Positions 26,601 through 37,341 of a stretch of DNA of 64,000 nucleotides are shown here, in pieces (position 1 is the stretch's first letter; every line of letters begins with the position of its first letter). The notes under the pieces were generated by a model. It had not been told where the DNA came from and did no database searches. It saw only the letters and a program-made list of their open reading frames with translations. Source of the stretch: Neodothiora populina (taxonomy: Eukaryota); contig NW_027191408.1 in NCBI RefSeq assembly GCF_041146345.1, positions 930,001-994,000 on the forward strand. The letters are read 5' to 3'. The translations under genes were made by a program, and so were the position numbers.

Positions 26601-27084
26601 TGTACGAACAGCAATCGAGCACATACAGTCGTGGAGAGCGATCGATTACGCCTTGCTCGAGCACTGTACAGAAACGCAAGAAGCCAAGGAGGAGCCCACA
26701 GAAGAGAACCCGAACAATATCGCGTCAACTACCATAGGAGACGATAGTGAAGGTGATACTGAAGACAGTGACGGTTCTTCACTCGATGGTCCGGTCACGC
26801 TTTTAGATCTCGAGCCGGAACAGCGCCGCATCCTCATTGAAAACGCATATAGACACCCTGGAGCAAAAGTCAAGGGTGGTCCGGCAGTTATTTGGATCCC
26901 GCAGGATTTTGCGGGCGTGAGTGAGACTGAAACTGCACGTACACGGGCGTTGTTTCCGGGTGATGAGGGCTTGCTGGTGCTGTCCGAGGGAGCAGCAGTT
27001 GGGTATGTAGGGGAATTCGTGGACAGGGCGATTGTCAGTGGGTACCCTCCTGATTGGAGCGAGTTTGATGAGATTGAGCTTTGA
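23656..27084 (+). CDS. Divergent OSCA/TMEM63/CSC1 (DUF221, RSN1/PHM7-like) channel-family membrane protein
   Basis: 1142-aa ORF with GLDTYLYIRY, SSRTILVRDIP, FVTF, APHPEDVRW, HDTNGASF and C-terminal AYRHP...VIWIPQD.GVSE, plus multiple hydrophobic helices. Confidence 0.8.
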   Translation: MLAGFHEALTTPSGLCGVFIFFVAHALAFLCLFKKYPMLYYPSLFMLEPGRCTPSGILQWAKPLFTDADIVLQQRGLDTYLYIRYVNMLYRIMLPITILGTPVLIPMYYFGSNVDQQKRMARLTVINISTRNRPLIFAILAIGTLFVFFVCVLLRIERNNYLRVRIALLANPYYRIKPSSRTILVRDIPDHQLSTSALRAVFGVSTGRLGNITITFFEDYSRLHSLEQIRDRLVAQLEYGELWYIGEAQRVYQTSHLKSASEWNELARAKIEPATSGTATSSHIVRSYTDSASSEVRRSNANQLIRGDKQSQPSMVGAQRRCLDHGHESESTTVHNPHWKSWSSLSMASSSKIESTRSIGCHRRHKHSDEMLNYGHWAYHQGMQQDYCVRTFDGTEETALYALQNPYCPLRAHYGYPKLWATRPGRCRNHLHSHEKVNLYRRSLSHHGVDGWSSPAQHSPLLNFLAIRSTSQPMDMLRYKSEVVNASRRAQVKCNVASPRDLYTYGPSKEHTRQVDYFGNVIDPEGDIDYGDWSFVFEALVEKLNLQQKLLPQVWSTPNTRNTSARRSHSRASLKDVPKTRSVSYQEFEADFGQPPTALPLRLSSSGRQHYIRHILKPRKSLALVNKQIKSSQLEYPRRVPQCFVTFDSPEHAIIANAKRLPATMECATVEMAPHPEDVRWYAVAHRACRILPSWPRLTIHAYLALESFAWLADAVDTIITEIVVKRIKHPPIWLVSPLSPIWGIGLNLYINVIITFTSRLLQWLLEFRSPGEFIPASRAELHVRAQWMVLFWTLASPIGTGKSPSICLHQDTKKMLLGLIIIGNGACFYLFVQAMQATVYICLKPSELLIRLVAPPALTPRNVFRENTRIVRVEWTSAYLSVSVPLIVGLWLGLSTPLMLPVSCVSMFMVSMSQRYSVLYTRATEHDTNGASFRAALGSVFVGLYLLLTTLGISIAGLTNDASGERWAPGHIALVILLMVFVRTAIEHIQSWRAIDYALLEHCTETQEAKEEPTEENPNNIASTTIGDDSEGDTEDSDGSSLDGPVTLLDLEPEQRRILIENAYRHPGAKVKGGPAVIWIPQDFAGVSETETARTRALFPGDEGLLVLSEGAAVGYVGEFVDRAIVSGYPPDWSEFDEIEL

Positions 27085-27245
27085 AGCTTAGGGGCATTGC
27101 ACTTGAGTGTATTGTCATTCGCGTTCGTGAGACGTCAATATACATTACATACACCACCAAAACTCAAGGGTGTAAACCCGCTGCTTTCCTTGACTAGTTC
27201 CGTCTGTACTCATCCTCTTTCAGCAAAAACTCGTCATGTTCAGTT

Positions 27246-29429
27246 TCACGCACCGGGCGTAGCCTCCTTGATAGCCCTGAGCAAGTCCTTCAGCTCCTCG
27301 ACCTCCTTCCTCAACTCCCTGACCTCAATAAGAGTAGCATCAGTCTCGACGTTAGGCTTCGACTCCTCACACTTCTTGACCCAACCATCGCGTTCGAAGT
27401 CAAACTCTCCCTCAAGCTGCTCCCACTCCTCGACGGTGTCCTCGTCTTCCTCACCTCTGTTCCTGTTCCACTTGACTTTGCGCGCCACACGCACCTCGAG
27501 CGCCGCAGTGACGCACAACAGCGGCGAGTAAATGAAGCCCATGACGGCGTCGTTGAGGCGCTCGTACGTCGATCGGCTCATCCACCACTCAAAGGGCAGG
27601 ACCAGGAAGATGATCTCGATCAGGTTGAAGGGCGCGATGTAGACGTTTTCGTCGGGCGCGCGCACGAAGCGGATCGTCTTTTGGCTGAAGAGCGCCATGT
27701 ATTCGTCGATGGCGTCGTCGGTGATGTCCTCGTAGGCCGAGTTGTACAGCGCGATCAGGACGTTCAGGAGGACTGTTTTCCCATGTTGATTAGTTTGGTT
27801 CCGTTTCAATTCTTGTAGACCTCCCCCAAGAGAGACTGATTGGTTGTTTACTTACTGACGACGATAATGAAGTTAAAGACATAGTAGAGGATCAAACCGA
27901 AAGGAGGAGCGAAGTTGTCGAAGCCGTCAAAGTCGGGAGAGCCCAGCATGGCGTTGAGCATTTGCAGACTGACGAAACCGACATCATCAAGACTCGAGTC
28001 GACCTGGTCTAGACCGATAAAGGCCTGCAAGAAACCCACGAGCACGACGATGAGCAGCGCGAAGAAGATAAGCGATTCTTGCATCATGACTTTGAGAACG
28101 ACGAGCATGGCACCGAAGAAGCGGTAGCTATCGAGGTAAAGCAACAGGCGGCACCAGAACATTGGCGCCGAAAAGGCGAGGAAATTATAACTCAATGTGT
28201 TGAAGTAGATGCGCTTATCGTCGGCAATGGGGTGTGTGAGGGCAATCATGCGGGTGATGAAAGACACGGTCAGGAAAGCATACAGCGTGTTGTTGAACGT
28301 GTTCCAGAATCCGAGGTAGTATCTGCCCACTTTCCAAAATTTGGCGATCTCGTCGCAGATGAAACCCAGAGTAAAGATGTACAGAAGGCCTTCGACAACA
28401 TCGAGATCACCAGTAGGGTTGATGGTGTTGATGGCACCGGTATAGAGGGCAAGGAAAATGAAACTGAACAGAACCTGGGCAAAGTTTTGATACATCGGGA
28501 CACGCATGCGATCCGGATCGAAGTGAACCCAGTAGTTGCCCGAAGTCTTGTGCTTGTAGTCAATAAAACGACTTGGATCATCCTCGTCTTGTACAAGCCA
28601 GCCGCGCCATAAGTAAGATATACATTTCTGGTAGCCTGTTGGAAAGCATAGTCAGCTTTGAGTTGCTAGCCCATCATTTGGAATACGAGATACATACCGG
28701 AGCTTCCAATGACAGGCAGAACGTGCAGGTCAACTGCTCTTTCAATCACGTTCGCGGGCGGTGTGTCTTCCCCATCAACGACGATGCTATACCGCTTCAA
28801 CAAGACATCTCTCAGCAAATAAGTAATGTCTTCTTCCTCCTCGATGATCTTTCTGGCGAGGACCTCGCAAGCCACCGCTCTGACAGCATGCAGGTCCGCA
28901 TCCCACAGCTCTAGCATCGCTTGCTTCTTGAACCATTTCTTGCAGATGAGCAAACAGAATACCACGCATGCACTGTAATCCGGATTGTCTGACGCGTCAA
29001 GGTTTCCGGGATTGTTCAGTTTGCCTGCTGACTTGGCTGTCGCGACTACCGCCGGAGTGATGATGTTCGAATGCGCCGCTGTGACGCGCGACTCTTCCAG
29101 CTCACATGGCACAACCTGCTCGATCTGATGCTTCAGACGTAGAGCTATGCGCGTGACTTCACGTGCCGGGATTGCACTTTGAAAGTTATCATCATTATGC
29201 GTAGGAAGCACTAGAAGTGGTGTCAGAATCAGGTAGAGTCAAGCGGTGAGAGTGAGAGGAGGTTTAGTAACAGAGCACTTGACCAGACATGGGAGGTAGC
29301 AAGTCTGAAAATTACAGTTTGAAAGCATTGGATTTCTCTTTACTTACGCGCGCTGACTTCGTCTGCTAAGTGCCTAGAGCCATTACCGCGACGACTATCA
29401 AAGTCAAAGAGGCTTGTCCATTTCACCAT
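27246..29429 (-). CDS. YVC1: Vacuolar TRP-family cation channel, 4 exons
   Basis: RLKHQIEQVVPCE, RAVACE, AVDLH, RMRVPMYQN, ILLNVLIALYNSAY and RAPDENVYIAPFNLIE match fungal Yvc1/TRPY1. Confidence 0.93.
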
Positions 29430-30156
29430 CTTGATGAGCACTCAGGCGATTATAGCACAATCGAAGACTACGACCCAATTGGCAGACCTCCAGGATCTGT
29501 AAGTGCCAAACAATCTGGAAAGCGGTGGTGTGGATTGCCCGGCCTATCTACTTTTCTTTGAAACTGGGAATGTTGGCAGTGGGAAAACACCTCAAGGTTC
29601 ATTGGCGCCAGCTCCATGCAAGCAGGTTTAGTGCGTCATATATGGTTCTTAAACTCCGTAAACGCCGACGATGTATACAAAGACTGCGATCGCTTGCTGT
29701 ATGGCAGCAAGAGCGGGACTCTGGAGCACTTTCCACCTAGGCCTGTTTGCATGCTTTACTGTTTTTTGGACGACAAAGTGAAACCACAACAGCGAGAACA
29801 TGTCATAGTAAGGAGCAAATAGAATACGTGGATTCTCGTAAATGCAACCTTCGTATCAGTGTCACAATCTCCCAACTCTTTCCATACACAAAATGTTATA
29901 TCCTCCTCCCACCATATACTCGATGTTCAGCCCATCCTGTGACCTAGCTTCTCTCTATCCCGTCTGTCCCGTTTCACGACTTCACAGCTCCTTCGTGTCG
30001 CGTGCGCGCCGAGGATCGGAGTGCTGCTTACTCGTCTAATCCGTCCGATCAACAAAATCTGCTATGAGGAGGCGCTTGCTGCGCGAGCTCCTCAACAGGG
30101 CCCTGAGAGACAACTCGAAGGACTCCCTCATAATAATGTATCAATCATGTGTCGCA

Positions 30157-32461
30157 TTACTTCGTAGGAATTGCATCAGCGGACACGCCAGCCTCATCGC
30201 GAGGAATGGAGATGCTAGAGCTTCGATTGGTGCGAGCTGCATTCATTTCCTCCTCGAGGCCCTTGAGCTTACCCAAGCGGGCGGTAGGTAGCCACTTCTC
30301 TTCAGGGGTAAACCACCAGGTCAAGACTGCGAAGATGGTGATGCTACCAAAAATGACAGGAGAGTAGTTGAAGTTTTCGCCAGTGACCGGGAACTCGAGT
30401 GGCGAGAACAGAACGGCAGCAAGAAACAGGTTCCAGACCATGGCAATGAAGTTCATGGGAAGAGACCAACGTCCTAGAGACCAGCTTGCTGACTTGAACT
30501 CGTTGGGAGTGACAAACACTCTTCCGAAACAGATAAGGGCGTAGGACATGATGGTAGGCACACCGGCAGCACTGACAAGCGAGGCGAAAGCCACGGGGGA
30601 AGGCAAGATCGTACAGAGCAGCAGCGCTGACACAGTGAGCATGACAGTGACAGCGTTGTTGGGCATCTTCTGATCATTGACTTTGCTGATCCAGCCGGAG
30701 AAAGGAAGGACACCGTCGCGCGCTACTGCCCAGATCAGGCGGGACGATGCCACTCCTGCTACTGTGGTGTTGAAGATGAGGCCGAGGATGCAGATAATCG
30801 TCATGAAGACATGACCTCCCTGGCCCATAGACATCGCGTAGATGCTGATGAATGGCTGTGGTGCGGCAAGATTATAGATAACGTCCAAGTCAGGCATGCA
30901 GAAGAGGAAAAGAATAACAACTGGGAATCCAAGCACAGCAGAGGTGACTGCTGACGAGAAAATGCCGCGAGCCGCTGTCGTGCTTGCATTCTGAGTCTCC
31001 TCGCTGATGTGTCCGCTAGCTTCGAAACCGACCAGTACACCGGCTGTCACATAGTATGAGAGCATCCAGTTCCATACCGGTGGGGCTCCAGTCTCGTTAT
31101 AGGTCTGAGTGAAAACAAACTCGGCAGATTGGAAGCCATACGACTTGGACACCGCGATAGGTAGCCAGATGATGTTAAGGAAGAAGTCAAGCATGATGAG
31201 TCCACTCGCAATACGAAAGATCAGCTTGTAATGCTTGGGGTTCAGATAGTTCATTCCGATGGAGATGAAGAGCATTGCTTCGGCAACTATCCATTGCACT
31301 GCTCTGAACTTGACATCGTTTACGTCGGTAGTAAAGTCAACGCCAAACACTGTTAATTCGGAGAGCAGGTAGTTGGCAGCACCTTGGGAGTTGGAGGCGA
31401 CGAATGTGGTCCATGCTGTAGTGGCCCACCATGCAACGATGAATCCAAAGAGTCGACCAAATTTGCGACCACCGGACTCGGCCGCCCAGAAATAGATGGA
31501 ACCTGCAGCGGGTAGTGCAGAGCAGATTTCGGCCAGGACTGCAGCAGTAATGAAGACGAAGATGCACGTAATGACGTAGCTCGACCTTGTTGGGGGTCAG
31601 CATCTGAGATCACAATAACACTGATTGGGCATGTTGCAATTTAGAGCACAATAGAGCTCAGGAACATGTCTATGTGCACCCCGGGAATACCCTCGCGTAT
31701 GGCTTGAGAGTGCATCATCAACAGAGACTTACCAGTACGCAGCTGGTCCGCCAGCGCCAACACCGATGGAGAAGGTCACACGAATACCTCCAACGAAGTA
31801 GAGTGCGGCTGGAAAAATCAGTATGCGAAGCTCGCAAAACGAATAAGGTCAGGCAAATTCAAAATACCGAAACTGGCCGCGAAGCTTTCAAAGAACTTCC
31901 ATTGCCGATGCAAAGACTACATTGTATCAGTATTGGCATTCTGAAATGCTCAATTAAGCGCACTCACTTGTTTGTAACCGAGTGCGTTCTGCACTGTGTC
32001 AATAAATTAATCAATCACAGGAAAGGGAGAAATCAAGAAAGGTCGATAATTCAGTCATGGCATCTCCTTCCGCGCTCATGAAAGCGATCAAGTTCAAGCG
32101 GTACTCTCTCAGCCCTTGCCATGGCATCGAATCTTCTTCTCAAAAAACTCGATGCCTAGCTCAGACGCCCGCGTGCAATGACTGTTGTTGGTTGTCGTAT
32201 TTTGCTGTTCTTGTTTGGATCTTTCATGGCCTACTTACCAGGTGCCATCGATTGAGCGCGTTGGAAGGATGTTTTGCTTGCCGGTAACGAAAATCGCCAT
32301 TTCGGGATCCCTTTTCATGTCGCCCTTACCAAGTAGCGCTCGTCTGAATCCATGCTGGATGTCTCCTCGAAGTTGCTTTGCAGCTGGTTTGTGGGCTTGA
32401 CTGCATTGTCGATGTCCACACCACTGGCGCGCGCTGTGCCGGAACGGAGCTTGGTCTGCAT
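30157..32461 (-). CDS. APC-superfamily permease (GABA/choline permease-like), probable thiamine or precursor transporter (Thi9-like); exons 32461-32330, 31988-31968, 31916-31868, 31808-31733, 31585-30157; 568 aa
   Basis: Spliced product has DERYL|NALGYKQ|SLHR, GGPAAYW, LAEICSALPAAGSIYFW, GFEASGHISEET and SRLIWAVARDGVLPFS. The substrate is inferred from the intronic TPP aptamer. Confidence 0.9.
32052..32184 (-). promoter_or_regulatory. TPP riboswitch aptamer in intron 1 of the permease
   Basis: Minus strand shows P1 CAGTCATTGCA/TGCCATGACTG, P2 GCGG/CCGC, a long P3 extension GGCATCGAGTTTTTT/AGAAGATTCGATGCC, J3/2 GGCTGAGA, TTGAACTTGAT, P5 CGCTT-TCAT-GAGCG and CGGAAGG. All conserved TPP core elements are present in order. 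Confidence 0.93.
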
Positions 32462-33372
32462 TCTGTAGGTCGATATGCTATGAGCACTTAATCTGAAGGT
32501 GTAGCAGACGGTTGTCTCTATAATATATAAGTCAAAGAACCGTGGCGTGACCACTGGCGACTTTGAAAGATTTTTATGACGCTGCGATCCGCCGACTACG
32601 GTTCAATCACGCCCGGATGAAGAGAAATATCGGAGAGCCTTGTGTTAGCGCGAACGTGAGCTCGTAGCAACTTCGGCCTAAATGCCGTGACTACCCCGAA
32701 TAATTATATAGTGCCGCCGATAGAGATGGCTGCGGGAATTGGCTTCTCAACATTCTCAAGCCGCCCAGGGTCCAACTTACTCGATGGGCCTCGACCGCTC
32801 TACAGTATGAGGAGGACGAAAGCCGTATCGAAGTAATAATATACCACACCAGACGATCTCAGATCAGCTACCCCACGATACAACCTGGCCTGCCATCATC
32901 CTATGTAAAATCCTTTGTACCTAGCAGGTTATTATATATCATGAAGACTTACTGTATCTATCGTCCGGAAGCGACGTTGAAATAAGATTGTCATGACCGA
33001 ACGATTCTACGTTGCCCACAGCCCTTGGAGCCCTTGCAACAACATTGTGACGCGGCACTCCACGGCTTGCAAGAACCGAGACCGTCCAACTCTATGAGGT
33101 ACTCTTCATTCTTTTTCCTTAGGATCTTGGTGTTCCTAGGGTCATTCATCTAGATTTCCTTGTCCTTGTACTTGTCATCACCACTCTCTTGATCTTTAGC
33201 TCTGCGGCCACGATTGCCTTGGGTCGCTTCATTCTCACGTTGAGCTTTTCTCTGACAGTTGGATCTATATTCGCAATCTAGCAAAGACATCTGCGCAATG
33301 TCATAACCCCCAATTTCGTATATATCCTCTCCTCAAAAGGCACCATGAGAAAGCTCAATTATGGCCTAGTAA

Positions 33373-35951
33373 ATGCCGCAAAGCACTTGTGATATACCAA
33401 GATTGGTTATGGATTGTCAACCTCCCCCTTCAGACTCTAGTCGCACCGCGATAGTAGGCAAAGATGACCTCAATATAGGTGACATCGGTTCTGTGCGACA
33501 TGCGTGGACCGAGAGACCTGGGTTGTCAGGAGTAGGAGCCTATCGAAGCTCTACAGAGCGCAGGACGTCTCTGACCCGGGAATCGAGCAAAATTTTGTGG
33601 AAGTTTAAGCTTCGACCCTGGGACGATGATCAGGAGAGAGACTGGTGGTTCGCGGGAACGGCGATTCCGTAAATCAGATACCTCGTAGCATCTCATAAGC
33701 CAAAGCTAACCATTGACTAGCTTGCTCGCTGCAACTCTGGGACCTCTCGCAAACGTGCTTTCAATAGCAGCACTTGTTACTTATTGGCGCATGTGTTTGA
33801 TAGATGGCGTAGATCCTGCGACATGCCCATCGATCGGGGTTGATACATTGCTCGCAGAATTATATGGACATACCTTTGAGGATCCCAAGTGGTAAGCCAT
33901 CGCAGTTGCATCAGGACCGATACACAACTGATCTTGAGTCAGGTGTTATGACCTGAATGTAGTATCTCTGGTTGCAGGATTTGTGGGTAACATATTCCTG
34001 TTGTTCAACTTCACAGGCCGAGTGAGATACATGATTTCCCTGCCTGTCACCATTTTGTCGTGGTACCTGGCAACAGGCATTGTAAGCTCTTCCATGTACA
34101 CTGATAAGCTTCGGTCTAATACCTATGCAGTTGATGGCAATTACAATATCAATGGATGTCTATGTGGCTCCTATGCGCCCTCAGCAGACGTACACACAGG
34201 GTTTTTGGTATGCTGTCATTGCAGCGGTGTTGTATATGGTCGCCTCTATGCTCCTCATGATCAACATGCTCGGCTATTTTCTTGGACACTATCCTCAACA
34301 ATTCAATCTCACAGATTCGCAGCGAACATTGATCCTCCAGACAATGCTGTTCTTTATTTGGCTTGCCGGAGGCGCGGGTGTGTTCTCTACGATCGAGACC
34401 AAATATGGCAATGGTGACATTCCTTGGTCTTATGTGAATGCCTTGTATTTCTGCGACGTTACTATCCTCACCGTCGGCTTCGGGGATCTGTACCCAACCA
34501 GCGACACAGGACGCGGACTGGTTTTCCCATATTCAGTGGGTGGTATTGTTATGCTAGGTCTGATGATCTCGAGCATCACCAAGTTCGCTTCGGAATTGGG
34601 ACAGGACAAGGTACTGCAGAAGCATGTGGAGAGATCTCGGACAAGAACGGTCGGCAGAGCTGTGACGACCTCGATTGAGCTTCAGGAACGCGAACGTGTT
34701 CTATCCTCAAGACCAGTCATACCAGGCCCTCTGCCTGTACCTCAACAAGGTACACCGCTCCGGATCATTGACAATAAAGAAGAATTGAAGAAACAAGCCG
34801 AGCAAGTCCCCTCGCATAGCCAATTGCGACATGGCTTGCGACGTATGACAGGACAGCTCACACCGTTCAAACCAGCAAAGAAATCGCGATTGTTACTGCT
34901 GCGAGAGGAGAAAGATCGGTTCGATGCCATGCGCAACATCCAGCGAAGCACAGCAAAGTGGAAACGATGGTATTCGCTTGTTCTGTCCGTCATGGCATTT
35001 GGAATCTTGTGGTGCATCGGCGCAGTCACCTTCTGGCAGGCAGAGAAGCGTGAGCAGGGCATTACCTATTTCCAGTCACTCTATCTCTGCTATGTATCTC
35101 TTCTCACCATCGGCTATGGCGATCTAGCTCCTAGGAGTAATGCCGGACGACCATTCTTCGTTGTATGGTCTCTCGTTGCCGTACCAACGATGACCATCCT
35201 CATCACTGAGATGAGCGATACCATCATTGGTGATTTCAAGAAGGCGACCTCGGGTGTCGCAGGTTTTACCGTATTGCCTGAACGTGGAGTCTGGCACAGG
35301 TTTCTAGACAGACAGCCTTGGCTTCTCAGAGTAATAGCCCGACGACGCGCGGACAAAGATGCCCGCTTGAGACTTCAGCGGGGCTTTGAGGTTGGCCCTG
35401 ATCCCGAAGACCCAGATGAAGGTCTCAATGAAGAAGCACCTACGCTGGCCACTTTAGCTGCCGAGGACGATGACGGGAATGGACCAGTGAAAAAGCCCAG
35501 TGATTTCGATCTTGCGCGAAGACTTGCTCGTGCAATTCGGCGCACCGCCAACGATCTGCGTGCTGACCCGCCTCGTAGGTATAGCTATGAGGAGTGGGTT
35601 GAACTTACTCGACTCATTCGCTTCACCTCACATAAAGGCCACGGTGAAGCACAAGACGAATCGGTAGAAGAAGGTCTCGTGGAATGGGATTGGATCGGCG
35701 AAGATTCACCTATGATGGCACAGGAAAGCGAGGCAGAGTTCGTACTGGATCGACTGTGTGAAAGCATGGGAAGATATATACGTCGGTTAGCATCCCCAGA
35801 AGATGACGATGACGACGAGGGGGGTGAACGACAGGCTCCTAGCAGTGCAGATGAAAATAGAGCTGTGGACAATGTGTTGGATGATGACAACGATGATACC
35901 ATCGTTGACGAGAGTAACGGATCCACTGCAGACGCGTCGAAAAGGCGTTAG
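33373..35951 (+). CDS. TOK1: Outward-rectifying two-pore-domain potassium channel, 4 exons (start uncertain: 33373 or 33409)
   Basis: Two pore signatures TVGFGD and TIGYGD. N-terminal WWFAGTAIP|LLAATLGPLAN and LTDSQRTLILQ are typical of TOK1. Confidence 0.93.
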
Positions 35952-37341
35952 CTAGCAAAGCTATACGATCTCATGGAAAGTCGTACACCATTCGCTGTTA
36001 CATCCTAGAGGGTTGCTTTTGCCAGCTTCTTTTCGAGCGAGACATGTCCTGTACCATGGTGTACTTGCCTTGAAGTATGAGAGTACAACTTTGCCGTATC
36101 AGAGGCAGTCTGGTAACGAGATTCGCAGTAGCACGAAGGACTGGACTGGTTTAGGACTATCGGATCACTCTTCACTTTGGGAGCTCTTCTTGGATCTGCT
36201 ATTAGCGTCCGGTGGAAAATGATTCCGGGACCATTGAACGCAATAGCATACACTGGATCAATGTGCTGTGTTCGCAACTCATACAACGTTGCTATATGTT
36301 ACAGGACAACTCTCGTTGTAATCGCGAAAGAAGAAAGTATACATATCGACAGCAATTCCTCCCTACCTTGATATAGCTATTGAAACGGATCAACACAATG
36401 TGGATCCTGGCGCTCCCACCCAGAAGCAAGAGTAAGGTACGCAACTGCGGAGTGGGCTGAGCCGAATAGTGCACGGGGCAGCACAATGCTGCCTGTGTTG
36501 TTGAGCGTGTCGCGTTTGGATCCGTTCTACGCGCAATAATATGGACAGTAAAGCAACACTTCTACTGAGAACTTGGAAGTGTACTACGCCAACGTCCTGA
36601 TGGGGCAGGTAAGTCATCGAGATATCGACTATAAAAAGACGACGATCGAATATGTCCACAGGTCAAATACGACTTAACTTGCACGAATGAGGAATTCATG
36701 CAGACGAAGGGTCGATCGCGCCCACAATTTTCGAAACTCCCAATATTGAGCGCGTGCAGGGCGTCTGTCATTGGAGGAAGCATTTCAATACCTCCATAAC
36801 GAAGCGAACGCGAACGCGCAACCAAAGCGCCAGCTTTTTCATCTCATGATTCAACATCCTTGGCAGGTTCATATATGTGTTACCCACAGCAATAAGTCTC
36901 TGTGATATCATATCTGTGCAGGTAGCACGAGGGGATGTGGGGAGACATTGCAGCGTATCATTTCTGGAGTAGTCAATTGATCTGCTCAGCACTATGGCCA
37001 GCAAGGCGGCTGCGAAGACAGTCCAATTATGCAGGCCGTTTGCCATGCATATAACATTCTCCAACCCGTGGCCTAGGGACACTTCTCGACTGTTGTTTCA
37101 AGTGGCCGTCTCTCGCTTTGTTGTGATGCTCCGGACGATTTCATAGTACTGAGGAAGCCCGGCATTTATCCTTACACCAATCCTCGATCTGTCCTTCGCA
37201 AGCATTTTTTAGTCCACGTTCTATGGTGATCCTGCGAGAGTTGCTGGGCTTCACAGTTCGAGACCTGGCCTAAGGACGGTTTGCAAGCTACATCTGCTAT
37301 ATTTGTCATAACACCTTATTCCGGTCTAGAGCCACTGGATC

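Noticed and set aside
31586..31732. Possible C/D snoRNA in permease intron 4 (TTGATGA...CTGA)
   Set aside because: No terminal stem or recognisable rRNA guide sequence.
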